Assembly (NCBI RefSeq): GCF_036971445.1 | Contig: NC_091474.1 | Location: 18,352,001-18,416,000 of the forward strand | DNA from: Narcine bancroftii | Lineage: Eukaryota | Direction of reading: 5' to 3' | DNA: 64,000 bases | Shown here: positions 26,735 through 39,029 of the stretch, piece by piece | Numbering within the stretch: position 1 is the first letter of the stretch | Layout: each line of letters starts with the position of its first letter | Program-made: the position numbers and the translations under genes | The notes under the pieces: generated by a model | The model's input: the letters and a program-made list of their open reading frames with translations, nothing else | Databases searched by the model: none | Told to the model about the DNA's origin: nothing

Positions 26735-27010
26735 AACAAAGGCATAAAGACAAGCATTTATATGGTGCCCTTAAAGCATGTTCCAAAATGCTTTGAAGCT
26801 GATGAAATATTCTAATCCAAGGTAGCTACACAGGCACTATAAGATCCCACAGGCAACCAGCGGTTAGATAATCTGCATTAGTGATGTAAGTTGTGAGATA
26901 AATATGCTCACTTATAAAATTGGAGAAATGTACCACGCTCTTCTCTTTCCTGAGAGGCCGAAGGAGTTTTCAGTTTAATGTCTCACTTGAAGGACAACAT
27001 CTCTGACATG
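26735..27010 (-). mobile_element. Deu-domain SINE remnant (SacSINE/AmnSINE-like)
   Basis: CAGTTTAATGTCTCACTTGAAGGACAACATCTCTGACA resembles the Deu core; GCATTTATATGGTGCC tail. Confidence 0.5.
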
Positions 27011-27615
27011 GAATACACAAAGGTGCTGGAGAAACCCAGCAGGTTATGCAGCATCCATAGGAAGTAAAAGTTAACCAACGTTTCAGGCCTGGGGCTCTCG
27101 TCAGGTACGAGAAGAACAGGCAGGCACCTGAATGATTGCACTTCCCCTTTACCGTACTGGGTTGGGCCTTTTGCCTGCCTGTAAGAGTAGTGGAGCCCCG
27201 CACAACCTGGCAAATGTTTTCCCAGAGGGGGAGGTGACTGTTTAATTGTCCAATAGTGATTCAGTCATACTTTCCCTCACCGGCAGTGTGTTTCCACTCT
27301 GCTTATGGAAGATCCAGTGGCATGAAAATAAAACTGAAAAGTGACCGTGCGATCTCAGAAAGCTATTAGGATTATCAGTACAGAAAGTTGGTGTCCATGC
27401 TTCGAACGGTTTCACCACGATTTCTCATTCTGATTTATTTAAGAAGCAGCAGGAGCATGGGGATCACCGTCGCTTGCAAGTTCTCCACCGAGTCACATGT
27501 GGAATCTCCCTGACCCAAAAGAACCAGCAGGACTGCAACAGTTCATGAAAGGAAATCAACAACATCTTTGCAAGGAAATTTAGGGTTGGATAATCAATTC
27601 TAGCCATGAATGGAG

Positions 27616-28075
27616 TTTAGATTTCAGATTTATTGTCAAAGTATATATATGACCGCATACAACCCTAAGATTCTTTTTCCTGTGGGCAAGGCAGAATGAC
27701 CACTTATTCGTAGTGCAATAAAACTGTTCTCAATGTACATTAGGGTTAGGGTTTACTGTGCAATACAGAGAGAAAAAAAAATCAATAAAGTGCAAAAGTA
27801 AGAGTCTGTAAATTAGTCCCTGATTGAGTTTGTTGCTGAGGAGGCCGCAGCTGTTCCTGAAGCTGGTGATGCGAATCTGGTGGCACCTATACCTCTTTCC
27901 TGATGGCAGCAGTGAGCATATGCTGGGTGGTGTGGATCCTTGATGATTGCTGCTGCTCTCTGACAGCAGGGTTCCCGATGGTGGGAAGGGTTTTGCCTTT
28001 GATATCCCGGGCAGTGGCCACTACCTTTTGCAGGGCTTTATGTTCAGGGGAATTGGTGCCCCCATACCAGACAGT
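27616..28075 (-). mobile_element. Rex1 3' fragment
   Basis: PEHKALQKVV..ARDI.GKTLPTI; (CAGATTT) tail. Confidence 0.8.
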
Positions 28076-29100
28076 CACTTCAAAAAATACTTGATTTGCC
28101 AAGTAACCAATTCTGTTTGCTTGAATCCATTGTTTCCTGCACTTTTAGAAAACTCCTTTAATTTTCTCTTTAATGAAACAGTTCCTTTGGAGCATCTTTA
28201 GATTGGTTGAAAAAAAACCTCTTTCTACATGTACCTTTATTACAATTGATATAATTCCATTTGTTGTGTCAGAATCATTTATGAAGCAAATGCATACAAT
28301 GATACTCTTAACAGACTTACATCGAATCGATCATCTGTAACAAACATGTTCCACATTCTGGCAGAAAAGGTCAGTTATTTTGTGTTACAACACATTTGAG
28401 CAGGTCATGCTAATTAAGTGCTGACAGTGGGGGTTTGGACGAGTGTTGAATACTGACTCAGATGAAAGCGCTTTCGAACTATCATTAGTATCAACAAGAA
28501 TTCTGGCCTTGATGGATACCGTTGATGGACCAAAAGGTTTTGGTGTAATAAGTCTTTGAGTCATTCCTCTATCTAGAAGAGAATGTCAGGTCTCACACAA
28601 CCATTTTGGAAACCTGACCCAGATTAATGGTAGGCTAGGGAAAAATTTGGGTTAAGTGCAATATATTTAGATATATTAAAAAAATGGAATCTGTTTCCTT
28701 CAGCTCTGAACAAGACTGGGAGGCAAATCATAGAGTCAAGAATGGAAAGAAAATCAGTAAACTGCGAATGTTAGATTTCTGAGACACAAAATGCAGTGAA
28801 CGCTGGAAATTGACATCTGACGAGACAGTGTCAGAATGAAAGAGTAAGGTAAAGTTCATACTGGGGCCACATGAAAGATGGATGATGCTAGAGGCTGGAG
28901 TAAAGGACAGTCTGCTGGAGGAACTCAGCGGGTCGAGCGATTTCAGTAAGAGAAAAGGAATGGTCAATGGTCTGGGTCTGAACCCTTCATCTCTGACGCA
29001 GCCCAACAGGCAAGTTGGGGACTCTTTGTTCAAAATATTTGAAAAGACCCTCCATTTTGTATAGGATTGACTGTGCAATTACTGATTTTCTTTGAATGTA

Positions 29101-29870
29101 CAGCAAAACCCCTGGAATCCAGCACTTACGGGGATTGGTAGAAGCTGGATAAGTGAGTTTTCCATTTGCTTTTGGCTCACTCTTACAATGCCTAGCTAAT
29201 ATACGTGCATTAAGAATAAACAGTTTAAAAGACAAAAATGCTATCTGTACTGTACTTAGACTGAACAAACTTCATTTATATAAATATATAAACCTTAAAA
29301 CATTTTACTTTCTTTTCAGTCACCTTCTTTGAAAACATTTAACCTTTGCTGGATTTGCAGATTCCTCCCCTCTACGGAGCCACCCAAAAGATGAACAATA
29401 ACATTATAAATAATTAACTCCACCTCCCCCAAGTTTACAGATAAAGCCTTACTAATACAGTATAATTAATAATGTACTAATAAAGATAAAGACACTTACT
29501 CACCAGGGAAAAGGTAACACTTTAAGAGTGTCACCTCAATGGTGAGCGGCATCAACCAGCTCTTCATCCTGGACAATGAGATTTTATTCAAATACAACTT
29601 TGTTCAAACTTTATTCAAACAGCTGCTACGAGCAAAGCATGACCAAGGCACTTCATTGGCTGAATATTTGCTCCCATCTTCACCAAAGGTTTATGTGTTA
29701 CTTCAGAGAAGATTAGAGCATTTACTTTTACAATTTTAAACTTCATATATTTTAATCTATTAATTTATTCTTATTTATTTTCATTTTTTTTAATTTATTT
29801 TCCTTGATTTTTTTTGCCAGTTGCTTGAGGCTGCCGGCTTCTTTAATTCTGGATACCAGGGGTTTTACTG
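29101..29870. mobile_element. Tigger/pogo-like non-autonomous DNA transposon
   Basis: TA-CAGCAAAACCCCTGGAATCCAG ... CTGGATACCAGGGGTTTTACTG-TA, i.e. TIRs with a TA TSD. Confidence 0.85.
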
Positions 29871-29899
29871 TATATTAAAAGAAATTATGATAACATCAA

Positions 29900-30057
29900 G
29901 GAATTTGCTGAATATTTTTGGTATGCTCAACCTTAATTTCTTTAAATGTTCATTTATTCTTATTTATTTTCTTATTTTTTATTTATTTCCTCTTTTTTTT
30001 TTGCCGGTTGTTTGAGTTTGCTGGTTGCTTGAATTCTGGGTAACAGGGGTTTTACTG
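29900..30057. mobile_element. Extra right-end fragment of the same MITE family
   Basis: Ends GGTTGCTTGAATTCTGGGTAACAGGGGTTTTACTG-TA. Confidence 0.7.
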
Positions 30058-30818
30058 TATTCTGCATTTTCTTTAATGTGGAAAATGAAAGGTTTTTACT
30101 ATGGAGAGCTGGCTAGGTGGGTAGAGTGGGTGATGGGATTTAAGATAGAGTTAGAATCTTGGCAGTATCATTGCACTGCACTGATGCAACACGCATCTTA
30201 ACGATGGGCTTTGGGAGGCTCTCATGATGAAGTAGTGAAGGTCTCATGAGGTTGTGATGGTATCAATTAGATCCCACAGCCAAGGAGCCACAGGCCGCAC
30301 TAGTGTTGCTAGGGAATTCCTATCTCAAGGAACTCCAAGACAAGATGAGTTGTGACAAAGTGCATCTTTGTTAAAGATCATGGTATCTGTTAACTGGGAA
30401 TGAAAGCAGACCTGCAACACAAGGCTAGTAGATGATTAGGATTTTGTTAGCATTGGTTTGCATTGCATTGCATTTACAGGAAGTTGGTTTTGAGAGACAG
30501 TCCCGTTGGGATTGAGGTGTCTGCTTCCAATCTATTTGTGAAGTACAGAAAGGGTCTGTTGAAGAATTCTATTCACACGAGAGATCGTCACACGCCAACT
30601 ATCATATGGACCTGACAATGCAAGAGCTTGGTTCAGTGACAAGGAGACCTAAAATGTAGAGTGTAGCAGACCTAACAAGTATAAGGATGCTTACTCAGGC
30701 AATATGCATGGATGTGCATGTGCATGCACACACATGCATACACAATCTTTCTAATTCCCTTTCCTTTCCCCTCCCTTCCTTTGCATCACTGATGAAAGGC
30801 AATTAATTAGATAGTCGC

Positions 30819-30887
30819 TGAGGGAGGGAGGGAGGGAGGGAGGGTGGGAGGGAGGGAGGGAGGGAGGGAAAAGGGAGGAGGGGAGGG
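30819..30887. repeat. (GGGA)n microsatellite
   Basis: Direct reading of the sequence. Confidence 0.9.
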
Positions 30888-31603
30888 CAATCCATTTCAT
30901 CAATGATTGGCAAATAACATCATGGTGTCAATCCAGTAAAATGATCACTGATTAAGAAGGGGCTACTTTACCAAGGAAGCTTTAATAGCCGTCCATTTGC
31001 ACAGCAGAGACCTCGGATAGAGCAAACAAATCATAATAATATCAAAGCTATCAACCAACAGGACTTTGTGTTATGATTCATGCAGAGTTGAGGACAACCT
31101 CAACTGCCAAGGATTGATGAAAGTGCAGTGTTACATTGTTTTCTGCAATAAAAACACTGGAAGATGTTCACAGACAAAATGGAAGAATTGGCTCTTGAAA
31201 TAACCTCAGGATTATTCTTTTTTGAAATCAAAGACAACAATCCAGGAAATTAAAGACCCCATAATGAATCTTGTTTAATTCAAACACCTTGTTCAATCCT
31301 TTCCTGGTATGTTTCAGATAGAATGAAGCACGAATACAGCTCAGCTTTTGCTGCCAGCGTCAAGGATCTTTATTTCCTTGAGCACAGTCTTCGGTTAAAT
31401 GCAATACTTCTCCTGACTTGATGTGGGGCTGAAGCTGTTGTGAGATACAAGGCAAAATGTTGCTTGGCCTTTGCTTGGAAATTGAGCAATTGGAAACTAT
31501 CTTGACTAATCCCAGATACTCGCTGGCTTGTCCTACACTTAAACTAGCTTCACAAGAAGAGAAATCCAACTAGAAATTGTAATGAATCCATGGGCAGGTG
31601 AAT

Positions 31604-34328
31604 CTTTGGCTTGGCTTCGCGGACGAAGATTTATGGAGGGGGTAAAAAAGTCCACGTCAGCTGCAGGCTCGTTTGTGGCTGACCAGTCCGATGCGGGACA
31701 GGCAGACACGATTGCAGCGGTTGCAAGGGAAAATTGGTTGGTTGGGGTTGGGTGTTGGGTTTTTCCTCCTTTGCCTTTTGTCAGTGAGGTGGGCTCTGCG
31801 GTCTTCTTCAAAGGAGGCTGCTGCCCGCCAAACTGTGAGGCGCCAAGATGCACGGTTTGAGGCGTTATCAGCCCACTGGCGGTGGTCAATGTGGCAGGCA
31901 CCAAGAGATTTCTTTAGGCAGTCCTTGTACCTTTTCTTTGGTGCACCTCTGTCACGGTGGCCAGTGGAGAGCTCGCCATATAATACGATCTTGGGAAGGC
32001 GATGGTCCTCCATTCTGGAGACGTGACCGATCCAGCGCAGCTGGATCTTCAGCAGCGTGGACTCGATGCTGTCGACCTCTGCCATCTCGAGTACCTCGAC
32101 GTTAGGGGTGTGAGCGCTCCAATGGATGTTGAGGATGGAGCGGAGACAACGCTGGTGGAAGCGTTCTAGGAGCCGTAGGTGGTGCCGGTAGAGGACCCAT
32201 GATTCGGAGCCGAACAGGAGTGTGGGTATGACAACGGCTCTGTATACGCTTATCTTTGTGAGGTTTTTCAGTTGGTTGTTTTTCCAGACTCTTTTGTGTA
32301 GTCTTCCAAAGGCGCTATTTGCCTTGGCGAGTCTGTTGTCTATCTCATTGTCGATCCTTGCATCTGATGAAATGGTGCAGCCGAGATAGGTAAACTGGTT
32401 GACCGTTTTGAGTTTTGTGTGCCCGATGGAGATGTGGGGGGGCTGGTAGTCATGGTGGGGAGCTGGCTGATGGAGGACCTCAGTTTTCTTCAGGCTGACT
32501 TCCAGGCCAAACATTTTGGCAGTTTCCGCAAAGCAGGACGTCAAGCGCTGAAGAGCTGGCTCTGAATGGGCAACTAAAGCGGCATCATCTGCAAAGAGTA
32601 GTTCACGGACAAGTTTCTCTTGTGTCTTGGTGTGAGCTTGCAGGCGCCTCAGATTGAAGAGACTGCCATCCGTGCGGTACCGGATGTAAACAGCGTCTTC
32701 ATTGTTGGGGTCTTTCATGGCTTGGTTCAGCATCATGCTGAAGAAGATTGAAAAGAGGGTTGGTGCGAGAACACAGCCTTGCTTCACGCCATTGTTAATG
32801 GAGAAGGGTTCAGAGAGCTCATTGCTGTATCTGACCCGACCTTGTTGGTTTTCGTGCAGTTGGATAATCATGTTGAGGAACTTTGGGGGACATCCGATGC
32901 GCTCTAGTATTTGCCAAAGCCCTTTCCTGCTCACGGTGTCGAAGGCTTTGGTGAGGTCAACAAAGGTGATGTAGAGTCCTTTGTTTTGTTCTCTGCACTT
33001 TTCTTGGAGCTGTCTGAGGGCAAAGACCATGTCAGTGGTTCCTCTGTTTGCGCGAAAGCCGCACTGTGATTCTGGGAGAATATTCTCAGCGACACTAGGT
33101 ATTATTCTATTTAGTAGAATCCTAGCGAAGATTTTGCCTGCAATGGAGAGCAACGTGATTCCCCTGTAGTTTGAGCAGTCTGATTTCTCGCCTTTGTTTT
33201 TGTACAGGGTGATGATGGTGGCATCACGAAGATCCTGAGGCAGTTTACCTTGGTCCCAACAAAGCTTGAAAAACTCATGCAGTTTGGCATGCAGAGTTTT
33301 GCCGCCAGCCTTCCAGACTTCTGGGGGGATTCCATCCATACCTGCTGCTTTGCCACTTTTCAGTTGTTCGATTGCCTTATATGTCTCATCCAGGGTGGGA
33401 ACCTCATCCAGCTCTAGCCTTAGGGGCTGTTGAGGGAGCTGGAGCAGGGCGGAATCTTGGACTGAGCGGTTGGTACTGAAAAGAGATTGGAAGTGTTCTG
33501 ACCATCGGTTGAGGATGGAGATCTTGTCGCTGAGGAGGACTTTGCCGTCTGAGCTGCGCAGCGGGCTTTGGACTTGGGGTGAGGGGCCGTACACAGCCTT
33601 TAGAGCCTCGTAGAAACCCCTGAAGTCGCCAATGTCCGCGCTGAGCTGTGTTCGTTTGGCGAGGCTAGTCCACCACTCATTTTGGATCTCCCGGAGTTTG
33701 CGCTGAAGATGGCTGCATGCGCGACGGAAGGCTTGTTTCTTCTCTGGACAGGACGGCTTTGTAAGGTGAGCCTGGTGGGCAGCTCGCTTCTTTGCCAGCA
33801 GCTCCTGGATTTCCTGGCTGTTTTCGTCAAACCAGTCCTTGTTTTTCCTGGAGGAGAAGCCCAGTACCTCTTCAGTGGATTGCAGTATGGTAGCCTTCAA
33901 CTGATCCCAGAGGGTTTCAGGGGACGGGTCCGTGAGGCGGGTTGCAACGTCGAGCTTTGCTTTGAGGTTTGCCTGGAAGTTTCCTCTCGCTTCGTCTGAC
34001 TGCAGTTTTCCAACATTGAACCTCTTTCTGGGGGCTTTATTGTTCCTGGGCTTTGGCTTGAAGTGAAGGTTGAGCTTGCAGCGAACCAGCCGGTGGTCAG
34101 TGTGGCATTCCGCGCTAGGCATGACCCTGGTGTGGAGCACATCTTGTTTGTCACTTTCTCGCACCAGGATGTAGTCCAGGAGGTGCCAGTGTTTGGATCG
34201 GGGATGCATCCAGGTGGTCTTAAGGCTGTCCCTCTGCTGAAAAAGGGTGTTTGTAATGACAAGCCGCTGTTCTGCGCAGAGCTCCAACAGGAGGCGCCCA
34301 TTGTCGTTGCACTTGCCGACGCCATGCT
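31604..34328 (-). mobile_element. RTE-clade LINE, young, 5'-truncated
   Basis: Uninterrupted frame with the APE endonuclease C-terminus (TWMHPRSKHWHLLDYILV, TDHRLV), RT (FVDLTKAFDTV, GVKQGCVLAP, FADDAAL) and terminal CxxC..H; short 3' UTR; candidate TSD TGAAT (31599-31603 / 34329-34333). Confidence 0.97.
31657..34328 (-). CDS. RTE endonuclease/reverse transcriptase ORF, N-terminally truncated
   Basis: About 890 codons without a stop within ORF 31657..34425; the first ~32 aa of the called ORF come from flanking DNA. Confidence 0.85.
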
Positions 34329-34683
34329 TGAATACATTGATCGTAACTGCCAAGTTGCTAGTTAGTAGTATTGAATGCATGCTTTGCCCCCCTGAACCTG
34401 TATATACGCACAGCATATGTATCATTTGTCTGGATGAGTGTTCTGTCTGTATGTGTGTGCATATTTTTATACTGAAGACTAGAGAATGCTGTTTCGTAGG
34501 GTTCTACTTGCACAGTAGGATGACAAGAAACTTGACCTTAATCAAAATGCACAATGAGCTCCATGAATATGTATCTTTACCCTCAAGGAGGGTAAGGGAG
34601 GGTGATAGCCTTTCCTATTTTTGTGTTTTTCTTATCTTTCCTTTTCAAAATCTAACTGCATTTCCACCATTTCCACTCTTTAT

Positions 34684-35820
34684 GTTCAACTTCAAACAGT
34701 TTATCGTCACCCTATTGTATAAGAGAAACCCAGTGAAACTGTGTTCTCTAGTGCAAAAACACGCACACACATAACCAGACGTAACACACAAACAGACAAG
34801 CGATACATATATACATATTATTAAATAAATAAATAGATAGTAGAATCTCAGATGGTCAGTGTGAGCAGTTCCTTTGGTCATTCAGCCTTCTAACTGCCCA
34901 TGGGAAGAAGTCGTTCCTCAGCCTGGTGATACTGGCTCTGATCCTCCTATATCTCTTTCCCGATGAGAGCAGTTGAAAGATGCTGTGGGCGCAGTGGAAT
35001 GATTTTATGCACCCTCTTCAAACAATGATCCTGTTGATGAGGTCTGGCGGGGGGTGGGGGGGAGGGGGTGGTTAGGGAGAGCCAAGTGAGCCTCTCTGCC
35101 ACTTTCATGGTGTTTTGGATTGACCTCCAATCCAATGCACTACATCAACCATACCACACTGTGATGCAGCGACCAGGATGCTCTCGATTGAGCTCCTAAA
35201 GAAGGTTGACATGATGGTGGTTGGTAGCCTTGCCAGTTTCATTCTTCGCAGGAAGTGCATTCGCTGTTGCGCCTTCCTGACAAGTGAGATGTTGTATGTC
35301 CAGGATAGGTCACTTGTTAAATGGACTCTGAGAAACTTGCTGGACTCTAATCTCTCCATTACCAAGTTATTTATGTGCAGTGGAGGGTGGTCACTCCAGG
35401 TCTCCTGAAGTCCATGATCATCTCCTTTGTCTTGTCTACATTAAGACTCAGATTGTTACTCTTTCAACATATCACAGGATTTTCCACCTCTTCTCTGTAG
35501 TTGCTGATGAGGGCAATTACTGTTGTGTCATCTGGAAACGATGACCCTTTTGTAGCTAGATCTGGTGATGCAGTTGTGGGTCAGTTACGTGAACAAGAGT
35601 GGGCTGAGCACACAGCCCTGAGGTGTGCCAATGCTCAGCGTGATGGTACTCGACATTCTACGTCCAACCCAGACGGAATGTGGTTTTTCCATTAGGAAAT
35701 CCAGAATCCAATTTCAGAGAGGGGTGTCGAGACCCAATGAGAACAGCTTCTCTATCAGCCTCTGTGGAACGATCGTATTAAATGCCGAGCTGGTCAATGA
35801 ACTTAGCCTGGCATATGAAA
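34684..35820 (-). mobile_element. Rex1 LINE fragment, decayed
   Basis: KFLRVHLTSDLSWT..VRKAQQRMHFLRRMK..FFRSSIESIL; [10 protein letters not shown] remnant near 35600-35625. Confidence 0.85.
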
Positions 35821-38289
35821 CATATATGCTTTTTCCATTCACCACCCATTCTGTTCCCAGCTCAGAGGAGTATTAGTGGGAAAGAGTTGCAATGGATAAG
35901 ATATTAACTCCTGGAGTGATTTCCAATACTCTGCTGGCAACCAATGGATTGGGAATCTTTTATACAAATGCTTTATATTGTGGTGCGATTAACTATTAGC
36001 AGCTAAGCTATTGGACAACAGTGTTGAGTCACCACTGAAACTGAGGGTGAATGTGCTGCAGGCTTTACTTTTTGGAAGGGCTAAGAGTAGGTAGGTTGCC
36101 CACCAAAATTAAAAGGATTTTACTGATTGATTGCTTAAAGATGTGTTTATATTTTAATTTTCAGATTGAAATCAATGCAAATTCTGGTGCACGGCTGTAT
36201 TATTTTTCTTCTTGTAGATTGGATGAAATTCCATATCCTACAACCGCACTGAACAAAAAGCAGATTTAATTTTGCCAATCGTACACATACCACTCAAACA
36301 AGACAAGTAATATTTCTTTTCATTTCCCCACTGTTAGAAGCAAGAGCATTTGTACCAACTGCAGGAGCTGATTAGGCAGCTAATCTTCTGCAACGTACAT
36401 CCATCAACTGGCTTTTAACACGCCAGAGGGAGTTGATAAACAAAGGCTCATGTTTGAAAAAGTACAAAGAAAATAAATGCGCTAGCCGAGTGGCAGGAAA
36501 CAGTATATGTGTTTTGTTCAAGACGTTTTGCGTGGAAGTTGCTTATTTAACTACCCTTTAAGTGTTTGTGTACTCTTCCTTTTTTTTTAGCTTTTACTAT
36601 TGCAGGTAAAGTTAATTATTCTACAGGGGATAAGAACATATGGTGAACACAGGGCTGGAATTAAAGGCTTGTAAAGATGGAGGGACAAAATAAAGCTTTG
36701 AGACTGCAGCTGTCCCCCAGACACTCTGATCATGAGTCCTATAATAAAAGGATTTTGGTTTTAAGTAGGTGATCAGTTAATGATGATTTTTTTTTCTGGG
36801 AATGATCAATATTCATGGTTTTTAGTCTTTCTTTCAGAATTAAACCTTTTGGAGTACCTTCCCTTTCAGCTTGTTTTCATCATTGTTTTGGAATTTGAGC
36901 AATTGCTCATCAAAATGGTGGCCGGGTGACTATTTTTTTTCTGCCTTTGAATTTGTGAGGATGTCATGAGGAAACTTAAAAAAAAATGGCTCAATTACAA
37001 CTTACCTGAAATCGAACGTTTATAGCCTTTACGATGACCTAAACTGCAACCTAATCCCTGTGTATGGGCAACATTATTGTTCGACCAGTTGTACAATGCT
37101 TAAGAGACAGGAAAACGTTTCTATTATGGCCAGACACAAAATTCCCAAAGCGGAGTTCATTTGGATGTCATGATGGAGCACTGCAGTGAAGGAATATTCT
37201 TTGCGGTGCCGAGGGGATGCCCACCACTGCTTTGCACCAGCAGTAACTCTGTATCTGGACCAGGTGAAGTTGAGGTCATAAACAATGGGGCCTGTAAAAA
37301 GTTTCATGTAACATGAAAGATGAGCGAGATGAGCCTTCAATGTTACCATAAAGACACATGCAAATCACGTGGACGTGATGTAAAATGGACTTACCTTTAA
37401 GCAGCATGAACTAAATTTCAGCTACACAAATGGATCTGAGGTTGACCTTTCTGTATGGACCTAGAAATATTTGTGAATTGAACTCTTAAAACTGCCGTTT
37501 CATCTGCTTTCACTAAATGTGGCCCATGAGGAAAACTTCAATTACAATTGGTGCAGGAACTTTGTAATGAGAACAGACTATTAACTTAGAGACATTGGAG
37601 ATGATGATGTCAAATAAATGGACAGATCTAATACTTCCGTGATGACATCTATACATCAAATCAATTTGATTACACCCAGATTATCCATAATAGTTAATGC
37701 AGGTGCTTTAATCAGCAGATCCATTCCATTCCATTTTCATCATCCGGAAAGATGCTAGGGCTCCATGATCAATCAACACTCACCAAAGCACCAAATGAAA
37801 CAACGCGGGCAACGTGATTGGAAGTGTTGGATGATGGTGCAGCTGCAAGGCAGAGATCTGTAAAGTCATTTCACCATCTCCAGTTGTTGCAAGACGCTGA
37901 TGCTAATTTTCTGTGGGTAGATTTCACAGGCAGAGGGTTAAAATGTGCATCGTTTGGTTGTGTTTATATTGTCTCTTGTTCACAAAGTTGAAATAAAGCC
38001 TAAATGATCTGAATCAATCAAGTTTATTTGGTTTCACCAGCGACCACGCGGAGACAGTCACAAAGGATGCATTCAGTACACAAAAATGCTGGGGAAACGC
38101 AGCAGGTCACACAGCGTCCATAGGGAGTAAAAGACCATTGATATTTCAGGCCTGAGCCCTTCTTCAGAAGTGCTGCACGAGGAGGATAAATTCAGGAAGT
38201 GCACTTTTGTTGGATGGTTTATGTTTACTCATTGACCGGCATGAGGATTTAAGCAGAGCATTAATTGTTTATCATATTATTATTTTTTA

Positions 38290-38522
38290 TAAATTTAAAT
38301 TTGGAGATACAGAGCCCATTCCACCTAAATACACAAATGCTCCCAATTAACTGATTAAACCTGTACATCTTTGGAATGTGGGAGGAAACTGGAGCATCCA
38401 GAGGAAACCTGGATGGACATTGGGAGAATGTACGACCTCCTTACAGTCAGTGGTGGATTAGTACCTGGATCTCTGGTCCTGTAATAGCATTGCACTAACT
38501 GTTATGTTAACTGTACTGCGCT
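38290..38522 (-). mobile_element. V-SINE-type SINE
   Basis: GGAATGTGGGAGGAAACTGGAGCATCCAGAGGAAACC core. Confidence 0.7.
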
Positions 38523-39029
38523 CCCACTTGTTTTGGGAGCTTGTCACATGCAAAGTTAGCCAAGGTTCCTTCATGACAACAATGGTTACACTTCTAAAAG
38601 ACTCCATTTCTTTAGGATTTGGGAAATCCTGAAGTTATGAAAGGCTCTTCATATAAGTTAGGATTCTCATATTTTCTTTCATTAAAAATTGCTCAAAATT
38701 CTCTATAGTGGTGGCATTTGCCTGGATCAGGAGGAAGCTTGCTCTTGCTCCAACTGCCTGGGTGTGGGCTCCATGGAATGAAAGGCTTCATTTCATAACC
38801 TGCCTACTAGAGATATAGCTGCCAGGTGTCTATGTTGTCTCAAAGAAAGTTGCCCAGGAGCAACTTGCATGTTTGTCAGCTCTCTCGTTCAACAAAGGCC
38901 AAGGTCAAAAGATTTAAGTGTACCTTTGCAAGGTTCTCCCTGCCAGAAACATATGCCGAGGCCAAGATGTTTAAGATCCCTATCTTTACAATCCAGAGAC
39001 TTTTATACTTCAAGCATAGCCCTAAAATG

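Noticed and set aside
34329-34425. N-terminus MIHMLCVYTG... of the 922-aa ORF as a host-RTE fusion protein
   Set aside because: RTE homology stops at about 34328; the extension is a chance open frame in flanking DNA with no promoter or splice support.
31539-34774. Many overlapping antisense and alternate-frame ORFs over the RTE
   Set aside because: They are shadows of a GC-rich coding strand with no independent motifs.
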